In this document: piece after piece, positions 12,881-25,600 of the stretch | Layout of the letters: every line of letters starts with the position of its first letter | How positions within the stretch are numbered: position 1 is the first letter of the stretch | Position numbers and translations under genes: made by a program | Notes under the pieces: generated by a model | Seen by the model: only the letters and a program-made list of their open reading frames with translations | The model's database searches: none | Told to the model about the DNA's origin: nothing | Source: Pecten maximus | Lineage: Eukaryota | DNA: 64,000 bases | Direction of reading: 5' to 3' | Assembly (NCBI RefSeq): GCF_902652985.1 | Contig: NC_047016.1 | Coordinates: 11,160,001 to 11,224,000 of the forward strand

Positions 12881-13488
12881 GGGACCGCGATATCTCAGTT
12901 GGTTAGAGCGCCGGCCATGTTACCCCAAGTGAAGATCCAAGGTGTGTGGCTCGACGCTCCATACACTTGTCGGTTTGTGATTCTGTGGAAGCTGATCACG
13001 AGAAGCGAGCCGATCTGTGCTGTCATTCTTGTGTCTTTTGGCAAATCACTTCGCCCTCATTGAGTGACCTCGGTTGGAATTCGAGCGTCAACTATTTACT
13101 ATAACCGGGCTGTTCCTTCTAATGTGATTACATATGCGTATAAACAACAACCAATCACTACCGTGCTTCCAAATAGTGACGCACGCGCAAACGAAGTGCA
13201 GTTGATGTAGTCGGAACTCTTCTGACTCAGGGTCGGGCATTGGTTGATGGAATTTGAGGATGAAGGGTCGTATGACGTCACTATAGTCGGAAGTCTGGAT
13301 GATCTTTTTTTTTTGAGTAAGTCGAGTCTCAACTCGAATCCCATCCGAAGTCGCCTATTGTTCTTGATATAATTCGACGGACCTTCCGTATGTTTTTAGT
13401 GAGGTAGACACCAACTACTACATGGAGACACCCCTCCTCCTCAAAATGACCGTGGCTTTTCACGGGGCAATTATAAACACAATAAGCA
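12881..13488 (+). mobile_element. tRNA-derived SINE, CORE-like, decayed and probably interrupted by an insertion (~13066-13390)
   Basis: tRNA-like head GGGACCGCGATATCTCAGTTGGTTAGAGCG (A-box-like); degenerate B-box GGCTCGACGCTCC (12948-12960); CORE-like TGTGTCTTTTGGCAAATCACTTCGCCCTCATTG (13030-13062); tail AAAATGACCGTGGCTTTTCACGGGGC...TAAACACAATAAGCAAA resembling the tail at 19340-19391. Confidence 0.65.
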
Positions 13489-13498
13489 AAATTTTATA

Positions 13499-13697
13499 AT
13501 TTATCTATTTGTCCCAAATTTCTTTAGGGATATCATTGCCCTATTTCTATTTGATGTTAGGATATAAGATTTTGCAGTAAAGAAATAAGTTTTGCAGTGA
13601 AAATATGTTTTTCGTTTTTGTCCAATCAGAGCGAATCTTTGTATTCATATCACTGAAACTTGCCGATTTTGTCCAAACGAAGCGAAGATAGATAAAT
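13499..13697. mobile_element. Possible MITE-like relic
   Basis: 10-bp perfect inverted termini ATTTATCTAT / ATAGATAAAT and an internal direct repeat TTTTGTCCAA...AGCGAA. No TSD verified. Confidence 0.35.
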
Positions 13698-13949
13698 GGG
13701 TTATGTTGCTGTATTTCTGAAATATTTGGCTAGTTTTTGACAAAATACTCACTTTTCCCTAGCTTTTCAAGCACAGATTCTCCGATAACAGCATAGCACG
13801 CTTACATTGCGTTGACCAGTCCTTTCAAAATGGCACCGTTGACGTGGAGTAACGTCACAAAGAGATGACGTCATGAATTATGTTACTGATTCCGGCATAT
13901 TTTGACACTATCTATTTCGATGTTTTTAATTTTGTTTTTAAGCATATAA

Positions 13950-14077
13950 ATTTCACTCGTATGACAGACCATTTTGATATTTTTCACTCGTGCTTTGCAC
14001 TCGTGAAAATATCGATATTCTGTCCTACTCGTGAAAGATATGTTATATTCAACGGGAAACAATTCGATGTCCTCTAT
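13950..14077. mobile_element. Terminus of a non-autonomous DNA element with an imperfect hairpin
   Basis: GATATTTTTCACTCGTGC-TTT-GCACTCGTGAAAATATC (13976-14013), four (C)ACTCGT motifs, ends ...TCCTCTAT. Architecture recalled from marine invertebrate repeats; a related fragment lies at ~39975-40010. Confidence 0.5.
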
Positions 14078-14711
14078 TTCTTGTTTTGCGTTTCTTTATA
14101 TATACTAACGAAACTGTCCAATATAAAATGGGCCAAATAAACCAAATATTTCTTTGAAACTGCAATATATTAATGGAGTTTTGAACTCAATAGAAATGTT
14201 GATGCCCCTAATGTACATTATGATATACTGTATCTATTTGTATTGCAGCGAAATTGGCAACGCAAAAATTCTTCACTTACTTGAAAAAAGCTTTGTATTG
14301 TCTAAACACGATATATTGCATACGTCAAATATTTAACACTACAAATAATTACTTTAAAAAGCGGAAAAATCAATGAATATTTCGTTTTTTCCGCTCTCTA
14401 TCTACCATTTTCATTCAAACCTCAAGTCGTCTTTGTTCTCTTATTATGACAGTGTAAGGATAGCGACATTACAAATGAACAGTTTTAACATGTCCCAGCT
14501 AACTCGAAATCCAAGGACCTCTTCTCAATATCATGACTTAAGTGTAAGATTTCGACAGCTGACGGAAACACTTGCAAAAAGGTTTCCAGAGATTGGTTAA
14601 GACCATGGGAAATTTTATAGCCGACAATATGAATATTTTAATCTCTCGCGATATAAAGTTAAACGTGTCCGATGCTCCTTGATATGCATACTCTCTCCCA
14701 TGTCGCTACGC

Positions 14712-15452
14712 TGATTTTTATTTTGAGGATGTCACAGGTTCCGTTGTCACACTGGTTTTTATTTTGAGGATGTCACTGGTTCCGTTGTCACACTGGTTTT
14801 TATTTTGAGGATGTCACTGGTTCCGTTGTCACTGGTTTTTATTTTGAGGATGTCACTGGTTCCGTTGTCACACTGGTTTTTATTTTGAGGATGTCACTGG
14901 TTCCGTTGTCACTGGTTTTTATTTTGAGGATGTCACTGGTTCCGTTGTCACACTGGTTTTTATTTTGAGGATGTCACTGGTTCCGTTGTCACACTGGTTT
15001 TTATTTTGAGGATGTCACTGGTTCCGTTGTCACTGGTTTTTATTTTGAGAATGTCACTGGTTCCGTTGTCACACTGGTTTTTATTTTGAGGATGTCACTG
15101 GTTCCGTTGTCACACTGGTTTTTATTTTGAGGATGTCACTTGTTCCGTTGTCACACTGGTTTTTATTTTGAGGATGTCACTGGTTCCGTTGTCACACTGG
15201 TTTTTATTTTGAGGATGTCACTGGTTCCGTTGTCACACTAGTTTTTATTTTGAGGATGTCACTGGTTCCGTTGTCACACTGGTTTTTATTTTGAGAATGT
15301 CACTGGTTCCGTTGTCACACTGGTTTTTATTTTGAGGATGTCACTTGTTCCGTTGTCACACTGGTTTTTATTTTGAGGATGTCACTGGTTCCGTTGTCAC
15401 ACTGGTTTTTTTATTTTGAGGATGTCACTGGTTCCGTGTCACACTGGTTTTT
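14712..15452. repeat. Minisatellite, 41-bp unit (39-bp variants), ~18 copies
   Basis: Unit CTGGTTTTTATTTTGAGGATGTCACTGGTTCCGTTGTCACA. Confidence 0.97.
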
Positions 15453-15456
15453 ATCT

Positions 15457-15588
15457 TAAGGATATGACAACCTTGATTTGTATGACGGATACTGTATTTT
15501 TTAAGGATGTAACAACCTTGATTTGTATGACGGATACTGTCTATTTTAAGGATGTAACAACCTTGATTTGTATGACGGATACTGTCTA
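15457..15588. repeat. Minisatellite, 45-bp unit, 3 copies, abutting the previous array
   Basis: TAAGGATGTAACAACCTTGATTTGTATGACGGATACTGT... three times. Confidence 0.9.
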
Positions 15589-15640
15589 TGGAGTACAAGA
15601 CGCTTTCTCTCCCAGAACACTTGGTCATATTGTACTTGTG
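15570..15640 (+). mobile_element. Relic of a retroelement-associated terminal motif (probably Penelope-like)
   Basis: TGACGGATACTG...GGAGTACAAGACGCTTTCTCTCCCAGAACACTTGGTC matches the motif at ~48205-48245 and 54500-54530 (GACGCTTAC...GAACRCCTGGTC). Confidence 0.45.
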
Positions 15641-15968
15641 CAGTGGTCTCTGTAGATATACATGTAATTTGGTCGTTCGGTGTCACCGTTTCATCGACTT
15701 CGAGGTAGAATTACGATTTTGTTTGCATGTCTGGCATGACGGGCATGTTGGATATGTCCAAAAAATTTTGACACGATAGTTTGCATGCATCATATAATTA
15801 CAAAAGCATACTGTTTTTTTTGTTTTTTTTTGCATTGTGAATAACTGTTTATCAAATAACGAGATCAGATAAATATCGGAAATATTGTGTATGGTCAATT
15901 GTCCTTTTTTTTCTTAACGCACTTTTGATATCAGTCATAGATTGCAGCAGCTTTTAGGTCAGCAATTT

Positions 15969-16432
15969 CAATATCACCTGTAATATGTTGTCCCTACATC
16001 TAATCAATATCACCTGTAATATGTTGTCCCTACATCTAATCAATATCACCTGTAATATGTTGTCCCTACATCTAATCAATATCACCTGTAATATGTTGTC
16101 CCTACATCTAATCAATATCACCTGTAATATGTTGTCCCTACATCTAATCAATATTACCTGTAATATGTTGTCCCTATATCTAATCAATATCACCTGTAAT
16201 ATGTTGTCCCTATATCTAATCAATATCACCTGTAATATGTTGTCCCTATATCTAATCAATATCACCTGTAATATGTTGTCCCTACATCTAATCAATATCA
16301 CCTGTAATATGTTGTTCCTATATCTAATCAATATCACCTGTAATATGTTGTCCCTACATCTAATCAATATCACCTGTAATATGTTGTCCCTATATCTAAT
16401 CAATATCACCTGTTATATATTGTCCCTCCAAC
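15969..16432. repeat. Minisatellite, 36-bp unit, ~13 copies
   Basis: Unit CAATATCACCTGTAATATGTTGTCCCTAYATCTAAT. Confidence 0.97.
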
Positions 16433-17608
16433 TAATTCAATACCAGCTATATTATGTTTCCCTTACATCTATTTGAATATTAGTTGTTACCTGTTTTATT
16501 AACAGATTACATGTATGCATTGTTCCAATGTTTTTTGGTATTTCTATAGTTTGCCACTGAATCCGCGATGTTAGAGAGCGCTAAGCTCAGCATTTAACTT
16601 CTGCTTTGATAATGTCGTCATCGATCAGTACGGGTCAATTGTTGGATCACACGTGTGTAAATAGTTAAAGGTCACCTTTCCAAATACGACTAATGATTTG
16701 TTTTTCCCATCAAGCTTTAATTTTTTTCAGTAGAATCAATCCTCTTTTTATTCTTAGAACTTGTGTTATATATATATATTCCACGAATTCAAAGCTCTGC
16801 TAACCTTTCATAAAAGACGGTTTTTAATTTCAAAGATTAACAATCGTATGAAACCTTTTTTTTCAATCCGTTTACAATCAGCACTATCGGCTTTTCAAAG
16901 TCGACATGTCTGCGATAACTACGCCATTATCGATGTGTTTCCTGTTAGAGTCACTTTTATAAACCGAGGTGATCTATCTTGGTGCTTATTAGGCTAAATG
17001 AAATCCTTCCATATTGCCTGACGTATACGCTGTTTTAGAACGCCCTCGCCTCTAACGGCAAAGTCATTATACAGATTTCAATTTCCGTGTTTGACACACG
17101 ACTGCAGCAAAACGTTTATGTGAATCAGATGTACTTTTCAAGATCACTGATATGCTTCAATATGGTGTAGTTATGCTTGCACGAAAAGCGAAAAGGAAAA
17201 TGAATACACGTTAAATCAAATCGGTAAGGAAACGTGGCGATCTGGCTTTTCTAAAAAAAAAAAACTGGAATATGCTGTCATGAAGAATAAACTTATTTTG
17301 TTTTTCTATCGATTCAAAACACTATGTACATGTAACCCGCCAGGAATGTAGAGAACCAGCTCACGGAAACTCGCGCACCTGCCGTGCTGCTGGAACAAGA
17401 CAATACATGGGACCGCGGTATCATTACATAGACTCGCTTTCCAACAAATAGTTTAATCTTTAATTTTTGTTCAATCGAAATCAAACATTATCCCATCAAG
17501 CTTAAACAAAATTAAATGAAAACTGCTGGCTGGATAGTAGGAAAACTTGGTTAAGCATGGTGATATGATAAATGTTTACGGGGGTTTGGGTAGTGGTACA
17601 ACTGGTTA

Positions 17609-18115
17609 GCTGTGACTGGGTGGTAGGATACCCTGTTATAGTGGTAGTTTGGTAACGAGACAACTGTATGGCTGTGACTGGGTGGTAGGATACCCCGTTA
17701 TAGTGGTAGTTTGGTCACGAGACAACTGTATGGCTGTGACTGAGTTGTAGGATATCCTGTTATAGTGGTAGTTTGGTAACGAGACAACTGTATGGCTGTG
17801 ACTGGGTGGTAGGATATCCTGTTATAGTGGTAGTTTGGTCACGAGACAACTGTATGGCTGTGACTGGGTGGTAGGATATCCTGTTATAGTGGTAGTTTGG
17901 TCACGAGACAACTGTATGGCTGTGACTGGGTGGTAGGATATCCTGTTATAGTGGTAGTTTGGTCACGAGACAACTGTATGGCTGTGACTGGGTGGTAGGA
18001 TATCCTGTTATAGTGGTAGTTTGGTAACGAGACAACTGTATGGCTGTGACTGGGTGGTATGATATCCTGTTATAGTGGTAGTTTGGTCACGAGACAACTG
18101 TATGGCTGTGACTGG
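17609..18115. repeat. Minisatellite, 62-bp unit, ~8 copies
   Basis: Unit TGTGACTGGGTGGTAGGATATCCTGTTATAGTGGTAGTTTGGTMACGAGACAACTGTATGGC. Confidence 0.97.
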
Positions 18116-18510
18116 ATGATGAATTAAGTAATAGTTTGGTGTGGGACATTTGGTAGTCGGTACTGCTTCAGTTTTGCTCCGATGGCGAGTTGCCGTGACC
18201 TGTATTGCGATAAGAAAGCCGGGCGAGGAGAAACACGGCCTATCTATGTCTTGGTTTATCAATGCCTCCCTTTAGGGGACACATACCATCAACCATTCCG
18301 CTGTTTCCGTGTCTACGTCGGCTATGATGGCCCCTCTTGTGACAAACGTCAACACTGATTATTTGTCTCCACGTTGATGCCAGCGCCCATTTGTTCAATT
18401 CGTTATTTTTAGAGGGAGGAATTGACGAGGTTATATACTGAAATGAAAAAAATCCGCAGTTAGACATTGCCCGGTTTACTATTGGGAACTAAAAGTACAA
18501 GGTTGATATA

Positions 18511-19025
18511 TTAACAGGCGACAGGGGGTCCCTATCTTAACAGGCGACAGGGGGGTTCCCTATCTTAACAGGCGACAGGGGGGGTTCCCTATCTTAACAG
18601 GCGACAGAGGGGTTCCCTATCTTAACAGGCGACAGGGGGGTTCCCTATATTAACAGGCGACAGGGGGGGTTCCCTATCTTAACAGGCGACAGGGGGGTTC
18701 CCTATCTTAACAGGCGACAGGGGGGTTCCCTATATTAACAGGCGACAGGGGGGTTCCCTATCTTAACAGGCGACAGGGGGGTTCCCTATCTTAACAGGCG
18801 ACAGGGGGGGTTCCCTATCTTAACAGGCGACAGGGGGGTTCCCTATATTAACAGGCGACAGAGGGGTTCCCTATCTTAACAGGCGACAGGGGGGTTCCCT
18901 ATCTTAACAGGCGACAGGGGGGTTCCCTATCTTAACAGGCGACAGGGGGGTTCCCTATCTTAACAGGCGACAGGGGGGTTCCCTATCTTAACAGGCGACA
19001 GGGGGGGGGGGGGGGGTCCCTATCT
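18511..19025. repeat. G-rich minisatellite, ~28-bp unit, ~18 copies, last unit with G16
   Basis: Unit TTAACAGGCGACAGGGGGGTTCCCTATC. G-run length varies; G16 at 19001-19016. Confidence 0.97.
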
Positions 19026-19339
19026 TTCAGTTACACCATTATTACATTCTATAATATCTTTGTATTTCCCTTTAATCACAAAATGGGATCCTCCTTGTAG
19101 ATAAAAACAAGCTACACCTCCCTGCTACTTTTGGACATTACAGGTTCCGTCGACACCAAGGTAACGTCACAGTCAATTGTTGTATTATTTTTGGCCTAAC
19201 GGTCAACCAGTTGAATACAAACATGATACAAAATACAACATTACGTATATAGTATACAGACAGCGAAGTACATATGCTTAGCATTATTAAATATTTTCGT
19301 AATTAATTCTTGATTTGTTTGCTATGGAATCATTGATGA

Positions 19340-19391
19340 TTGGTTTGTTTGGTTTGTTTTTGTTTAACGTCCTATTAACAACCAGGGTCAT
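19340..19391 (-). mobile_element. 5'-truncated SINE 3' tail
   Basis: Minus strand reads ATGACCCTGGTTGTTAATAGGACGTTAAACAAAAACAAACCAAACAAACCAA, a LINE-derived-type tail plus (AAAC/AACC)n recalled from bivalve SINEs. Confidence 0.7.
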
Positions 19392-20640
19392 GAAAACCAT
19401 CACCAATAATTACAATACATATAATAATAAAAGATTGGATGATCAAGTAGTCACAAAATGGAATATAAATAACAATATCATCATAGATAGCACCTGGACA
19501 ACACTGCCAACATTAAATATATCAGTATTTACAATCCATTATCACAGCGCTACAAAACAAAGACTCTAGACAATCAGATCGAACAGCTTAGTCACATAAC
19601 GTCTGTAGAGAAATTATTCCTTGGTGAGAAAATCTGTTTTTCTTTTTTCTGATTTGTGGTTTAGCGAACAAAGCTGTGTCTGTTATAGTGACAACTAATC
19701 ATTTTTACCGAATTTTGCCTAAAGCGATTTAATTTCAAATTAATAAAACGCCAATGAGGTTTTCTAAATTATGCAGCAATTAACACGTATTCTCGCGACC
19801 CTTGATTAACTGCGTGTAATGACGTCTGAGTGTCTTGTCTTCAAATTCTGGCTTGAGGCGGATTAACGGCTATTTTCGGAATGTTGTAATTACTGTGTAG
19901 TTCATTTGCCAAATAATTCAGTACCGATTCTAAGAATAAAATTTAAATATCTCGCATATGCACTCCATGACATTCCAGATAGCATCAGCATATTCTATAA
20001 TATAGATACATATACAAAAAAGAAATGAAAGTTATAGAAGAAGCACAGGAAATACACATGGACTGTTATGGTCACAAGAGACAGCTATGGGAGTTCTGGA
20101 GGTTACGTAGGAACTATACCGAGCTAGACACTATAAGACTAGATGAATGTAAGCTATGTTGTTACTAGTACAAGGTCATTCCAGGGAAGGGTCAGACGTT
20201 AGTGGGGTCTTACCAACGTAAATAAAGACGAAGAGTTGCGCCTCGGACACACAATACCGAGTCCGGATGATTCATGCGGACTTAGAGGAATTTCATTGTT
20301 ACACATCCCATATTGATGTTATGGGCGTCCTGGGACCTCGGTTTGACCGTAACTGGCCGCCTGCTGCGGTTACGGTGTTAATTGAACAGACCAGCAACAT
20401 GTCGTCTGCTTCAATGGATCGAACGTTATGGCGGGAGTTATAACACTTCCGGGAGTCTCGGCCACACACTGTCCGGTGCTGGCAGTCATGAAGGTCCTTT
20501 TTATTTCTCTTAAGACTCCATTTCTATTTTTAGACGATTTACATGAAGATCGAAACCGATGCGTCTCTGCCCTAACTTATCACTAACCGGTGTGCCTCTC
20601 TCATTGTCTTACCCCTTTGTTTAATTTATGTTTCAGTCTT

Positions 20641-21185
20641 ACCAGTGTTCCTCTCTCCTAGTTGAACCCCCGTGTTTATTCTGTGTTTCTGTCCTAACTT
20701 TCTGTCCTAACTTTACCACTGACCAGTGTTCCTCTCTCCTAGTTGAACCCCCGTGTTTATTCTGTGTTTCTGTCCTAACTTTCTGTCCTAACTTTACCAC
20801 TGACCAGTGTTCCACTCTCCTAGATGAACCCCCGTGTTTATTCTGTGTTTCTGTCCTAACTTTCTGTCCTAACTTTACCACTGACCAGTGTTCCACTCTC
20901 CTAGATGAACCCCCGTGTTTATTCTGTGTTTCTGTCCTAACTTTCTGTCCTTACTTTACCACTGACCAGTGTTCCTCTCTCCTAGTTGAACATCTGTCTT
21001 TATTCTGTGTTTCTGTCCTAACTTTACCACTGACCAGTGTTCCTCTCTCCTAGTTGAACCCCCGTGTTTATTCTGTGTTTCTGTCCTAACTTTCTGTCCT
21101 AACTTTACCACTGACCAGTGTTCCTCTCTCCTAGTTGAACATCTGTCTTTATTCTGTGTTTCTTTCCTAACTTTCTGTCCAAACT
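20641..21185. repeat. Minisatellite, 81-bp unit, ~6.7 copies
   Basis: ACCAGTGTTCCTCTCTCCTAGTTGAACCCCCGTGTTTATTCTGTGTTTCTGTCCTAACTTTCTGTCCTAACTTTACCACTG, with an internal 13-bp duplication that is missing from one copy. Confidence 0.96.
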
Positions 21186-21778
21186 TTTTTAAGGTTTATA
21201 AGATCCAATATCACTGACTTCTCTGAATCTTCTGAAAACCATCTGTCCATAGCTTCCTCTGACCAGCAGACACACTTTCAAAATACTTGCGGTCTTGTAA
21301 CAAAGATGGCGGAATTTAAGGAAATTGAAGGGATATGACGTTTCTGGAAAACAAAATTGATGCCATAAAGAATGAACTCAGTGTATTATTTTATTGGAAT
21401 AGGTGATCCGTGATTTTCAATTCGCTGTTAACCTCTCGCACGACACGTTTGTCCTAGTTTTGCTCTTTAGGTCATTCCCATGGCGATGTAAGAATGGGTG
21501 CAGCCATATTGTTGTTGTTCTTATCTGTCCCTGAATAACTCGGGATCTTTAGCCATTTTTGGCTCCTATAGAATGAAGTCACACTGACAAGTTCTTAGGG
21601 GACAGGTGTCTAGCATGACTTAGTTAACGAAACCATGAACAAATCACTTTATTTAGATCGTTCTTCTCGTTACTCGAGATATAATATCCTTCCTGATACC
21701 AGTAATGCAATTATATGACCTCCAATGATGGCAGACCATTCTTATTCAGGTACTAAAATGACAAAACAACTTTGTTAA

Positions 21779-22652
21779 CGTGATACAGTGGTAGACCATC
21801 TTTGTTTCACGTGATACAGTAGTAGACCATCCTTGTTCAAGTGATACAGTGGTAGACCATCCTTGTTCAAGTGATACAGTGGTATACCATCCTTGTTTCA
21901 CGTGATACAGTGGTAGACCATCCTTGTTTCACGTGATACAGTGGTATACCATCCTTGTTCACGTGATACAGTGGTATACCATCCTTGTTCACGTGATACA
22001 GTGGTATACCATCCTTGTTTCACGTGATACAGTGGTAGACCATCATTGTTCACGTGATACAGTGGTATACCATTCTTGTTCACGTGATACAGTGGTAGAC
22101 CATCCTTGTTCACGTGATACAGTAGTAGACCATCCTTGTTCACGTGATACAGTGGTATACCATCCTTGTTCACGTGATACAGTGGTAGACCATCCTTGTT
22201 TCACGTGATACAGTGGTAGACCATCCTTGTTCACGTGATACAGTGGTAGACCATCCTTGTTCACGTGATACAGTGGTATACCATCCTTGTTTCACGTGAT
22301 ACAGTGGTAGACCATCATTGTTCAAGTGATACAGTGGTAGACCATTCTTGTTCACGTGATACAGTGGTAGACCATCCTTGTTCACGTGATACAGTAGTAG
22401 ACCATCCTTGTTCACGTGATACAGTGGTAGACCATCCTTGTTCACGTGATACAGTGGTAGACCATCTTTGTTCACGTGATGCAGTGATAGACCATCCTTG
22501 TTCACGTGATACAGTGGTAGACCATCCTTGTTCACATGATACAGTGGTATACCATCCTTGTTCACGTGATACAGTGGTAGACCATCCTGGTTCACGTGAT
22601 ACAGTGGTAGACCATCCTGGTTCACGTGATACAGTGATAGACCATCTTTGTT
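21779..22652. repeat. Minisatellite, 30/31-bp unit, ~29 copies, E-box bearing
   Basis: Unit CACGTGATACAGTGGTAKACCATCCTTGTT(T). Confidence 0.97.
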
Positions 22653-25600
22653 TACCTGATTGGTTGAGCTTCTCAGTAGATGATTTAGTGATCCACCTTT
22701 CCGTTTCACGTGCTACATTGTGTTCAATGGTTTAAGTTACCAGCACACGTGATAAAGTTGGGCTATCCCAGTATATGGGTTATAATGGTGGACCTTCCGG
22801 TTTGGCTGAAGAGCCACACTGCATTAACCTCTAATTTTACTCTAAACGTCCGAGGGAGTGGATCAATACGGGAACCGTAGTACATGCTCTGATGGCGTGG
22901 TAGGAATTAGTATTCATCGATAAAGAGAGTCGGATCGTAAAGACGTGTTTGTCTGGGCGTCTAGGCTCTGTCTCCGACTAATCACGGAGCTACCGATCCT
23001 TACGGTCAACCATTGAGCCACACCCGGTCCTCAGCTGCATGCGGACAGGCGGATTGGGCTTCTACCAAAGTGTCGATCTATCAATATTGTATTTAGAAAT
23101 AATGATATTCGTAAACCTTAACATTTTGTCCTGATTTTTTTTCTTCAATTTACAGCAAAATCGTACGAAACATTATTAATATTCTCCACCGAGTATCAGA
23201 ATAAGAAAGATCCCTCAATTATATTTTTCAGGGAAAATTCACACAAATTATTGATTTTTAACATACCCTATGTTTCATGGCGGTAAGGTAATGTAAAAAC
23301 AAATACTGTCCATGGGGACAATGGAAACCCGGTCTTACCAGAAAACACAATTACACCGAAGTCTAAAGCAGGGCACAAAGTTGAAAGTAGGACGATTTGA
23401 CCTAAATCTAATTGATGACACATAAATGACCACACCAGTTATGGTAAATTGACCAAGGACATATATGTCGGGATCAACTGACCACGATAAGAACATGTTA
23501 GTTAGTTGGACGTGACGTTTATTACGACCAGTTCGATACAGCAAGGCGAGTTTCGTTTTACATGCATTGAACGCATATTCTCGTGCTTGCATTCAATAAA
23601 AAGACCTGAGTGAATTAAAAATGGTATTGAAAAATGCAAGACAAAAATGACAAATGAAAGGCTTAAGGAATTTCATATGGTAAAATAAAACGAAGAAATC
23701 TTCACTATTCCGAATATATTTATGATGGACGTGGACCAGTTCGTACTTTTACGATTTTTACCGTTATTACAAAAAAATGAATAAAAAGAAAAAATAAATA
23801 AATAAAGATTTTGTTTTTAAATGCAATGTATATGTTATTTGAGGATGTACAATTGAAAAGAGGTTTAAGTTGTACTACACGTACAATATGTGCCAGTAAA
23901 TACGTTATATTTTCCGATAGGTTGATACTGTATACACGTGCTGTTCCTTCTCTGTGTTTTTGTAGGATTAATCTTTAGGGATTGTACTTGATAATCTTAT
24001 CAAATATTGAGCATCAATGATGATGTTGCGTATTTTTCGACCTTTTAGATATTCTGATATAGTTTGACTGGCGTATTGGCTGATCGTGCATGTACAATGT
24101 ATCGGAGTGATCTCCCTTACAACGAAAACGCCTTGGATTGTGTTCACTGCTCCCTTCGGTACTGAAGTTTCCTTAAAGATACAAACGATTGTTACAGATA
24201 TCTCTTTATTTTATCCAATGTTTACAGGAAAATTTTAATTGAACATAATTCCAGTCTTTGCAATAATAATCGGACTAGTACAACGTCTTTTCCTGTATCT
24301 TTTGATCAAGAATATCTGTCTGTCCCTATTGAAATTAACGCTTAAAATAATTTTCAAAATGAAAAACACAAAGCATTTAAGATTATATAAATACAATGAA
24401 ATTCGAAGTAAAAAAACAAAACTGTCCTTTCAACATAATGCCGCTGTGGACGACATTTTGACGTACAGATGAAGTACTTGTATAGAAAATCCCAGTACAT
24501 GGCTACATCATGGCGATTAACGGATTGTCATCACCATATCTATGTATCGAATTAACAGGTGGCGATACGATAGTTCGCTTCTGTGTCTCGACATTTAACG
24601 CGCAATCTGTGGGTACGGTTTCGATTGCCTAGCATTTAATTTGTATAACTCATTGTCATTAACTTTTTGTTTTCAAAATCAGTTGATACATTAAATCAAT
24701 GGAAGATACACAAGATGGATCAGAAAATAGCACAGGAGCTGGTGTAAAAAATCTCCCTAATGCTATTGTGAGACTTGAAACCCTACAGAACAAAATGATG
24801 AACAGTATATCAGTTAACGCTTCCCGAACGTTACCGATTAGATGAAATAACAATTTATAATTACGTCATCCGTTCATTAAATCGCCACCCTGACTGACAT
24901 TTGGGTACATGTATGTATCTACTGATACTCTAGAAGTTATCTACTGAACCAGTATACTTTTATCTCGTGACAATGGATTGAATGCATTCTTTATCTGACA
25001 TAGTTGTTTCACCATTCGTTAATGGAGTGACACATGTAGAGACTACACTCGGCCCACTGTTGCTCCCACAGATACCCGTCGTAACAAACCGAGTGCTCCC
25101 TAAAATCTACCCGGGCATTAAAAGTGGGCCTACCACTACCCAGTGCCGACACCAAATCATATTTCATCGCAGTCAATGAAATATGTACGGAGGGTAATTG
25201 GTCAACAATAGACATTAATTCGGTTCATTACACTCTATGTACATTACGTAGCGTCTAGGCCTCGCGCGGGCGAAGGTCACCACATCTCGCACTACGCGAG
25301 ACATGCAATGTCATATAGCGCGTGATAACGATCGGAGGGTTTGATTTACGAGCAGCCTGCTGCCGGCTAGGGTTACATAACTAAATGCGTTATAATATAT
25401 GCAGAATTAGTGGCTTTTAAAATTTCCGGATAATTTTGCTACCTTACATCGGGTCGAGGCATTTGAGCAGATCAAACCGGTTGATTAAATGAACGCTCCG
25501 GTCTGACCTCGGCTTTTGTTTAAATGTCGCCTTGCGTTAACGCCGAAAACTCTGTCAGTCCGTGTGATGTGTGGGGGAGAAAGACAGTTCTCCAACATAT

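Noticed and set aside
12881-12960. tRNA gene
   Set aside because: Only the 5' arm is tRNA-like; no cloverleaf or intact T-arm. Better explained as a SINE head.
16665-17243. TTAA-AGG start suggesting a Kolobok/piggyBac-type MITE
   Set aside because: No convincing matching inverted terminus.
20399-20443. MDRTLWREL* resembling an RTE LINE C-terminus
   Set aside because: The upstream frame shows no LINE similarity; too short to support.
23003-23030. Pol III A-box TGGCTCAATGG on the minus strand
   Set aside because: No B-box or SINE body downstream.
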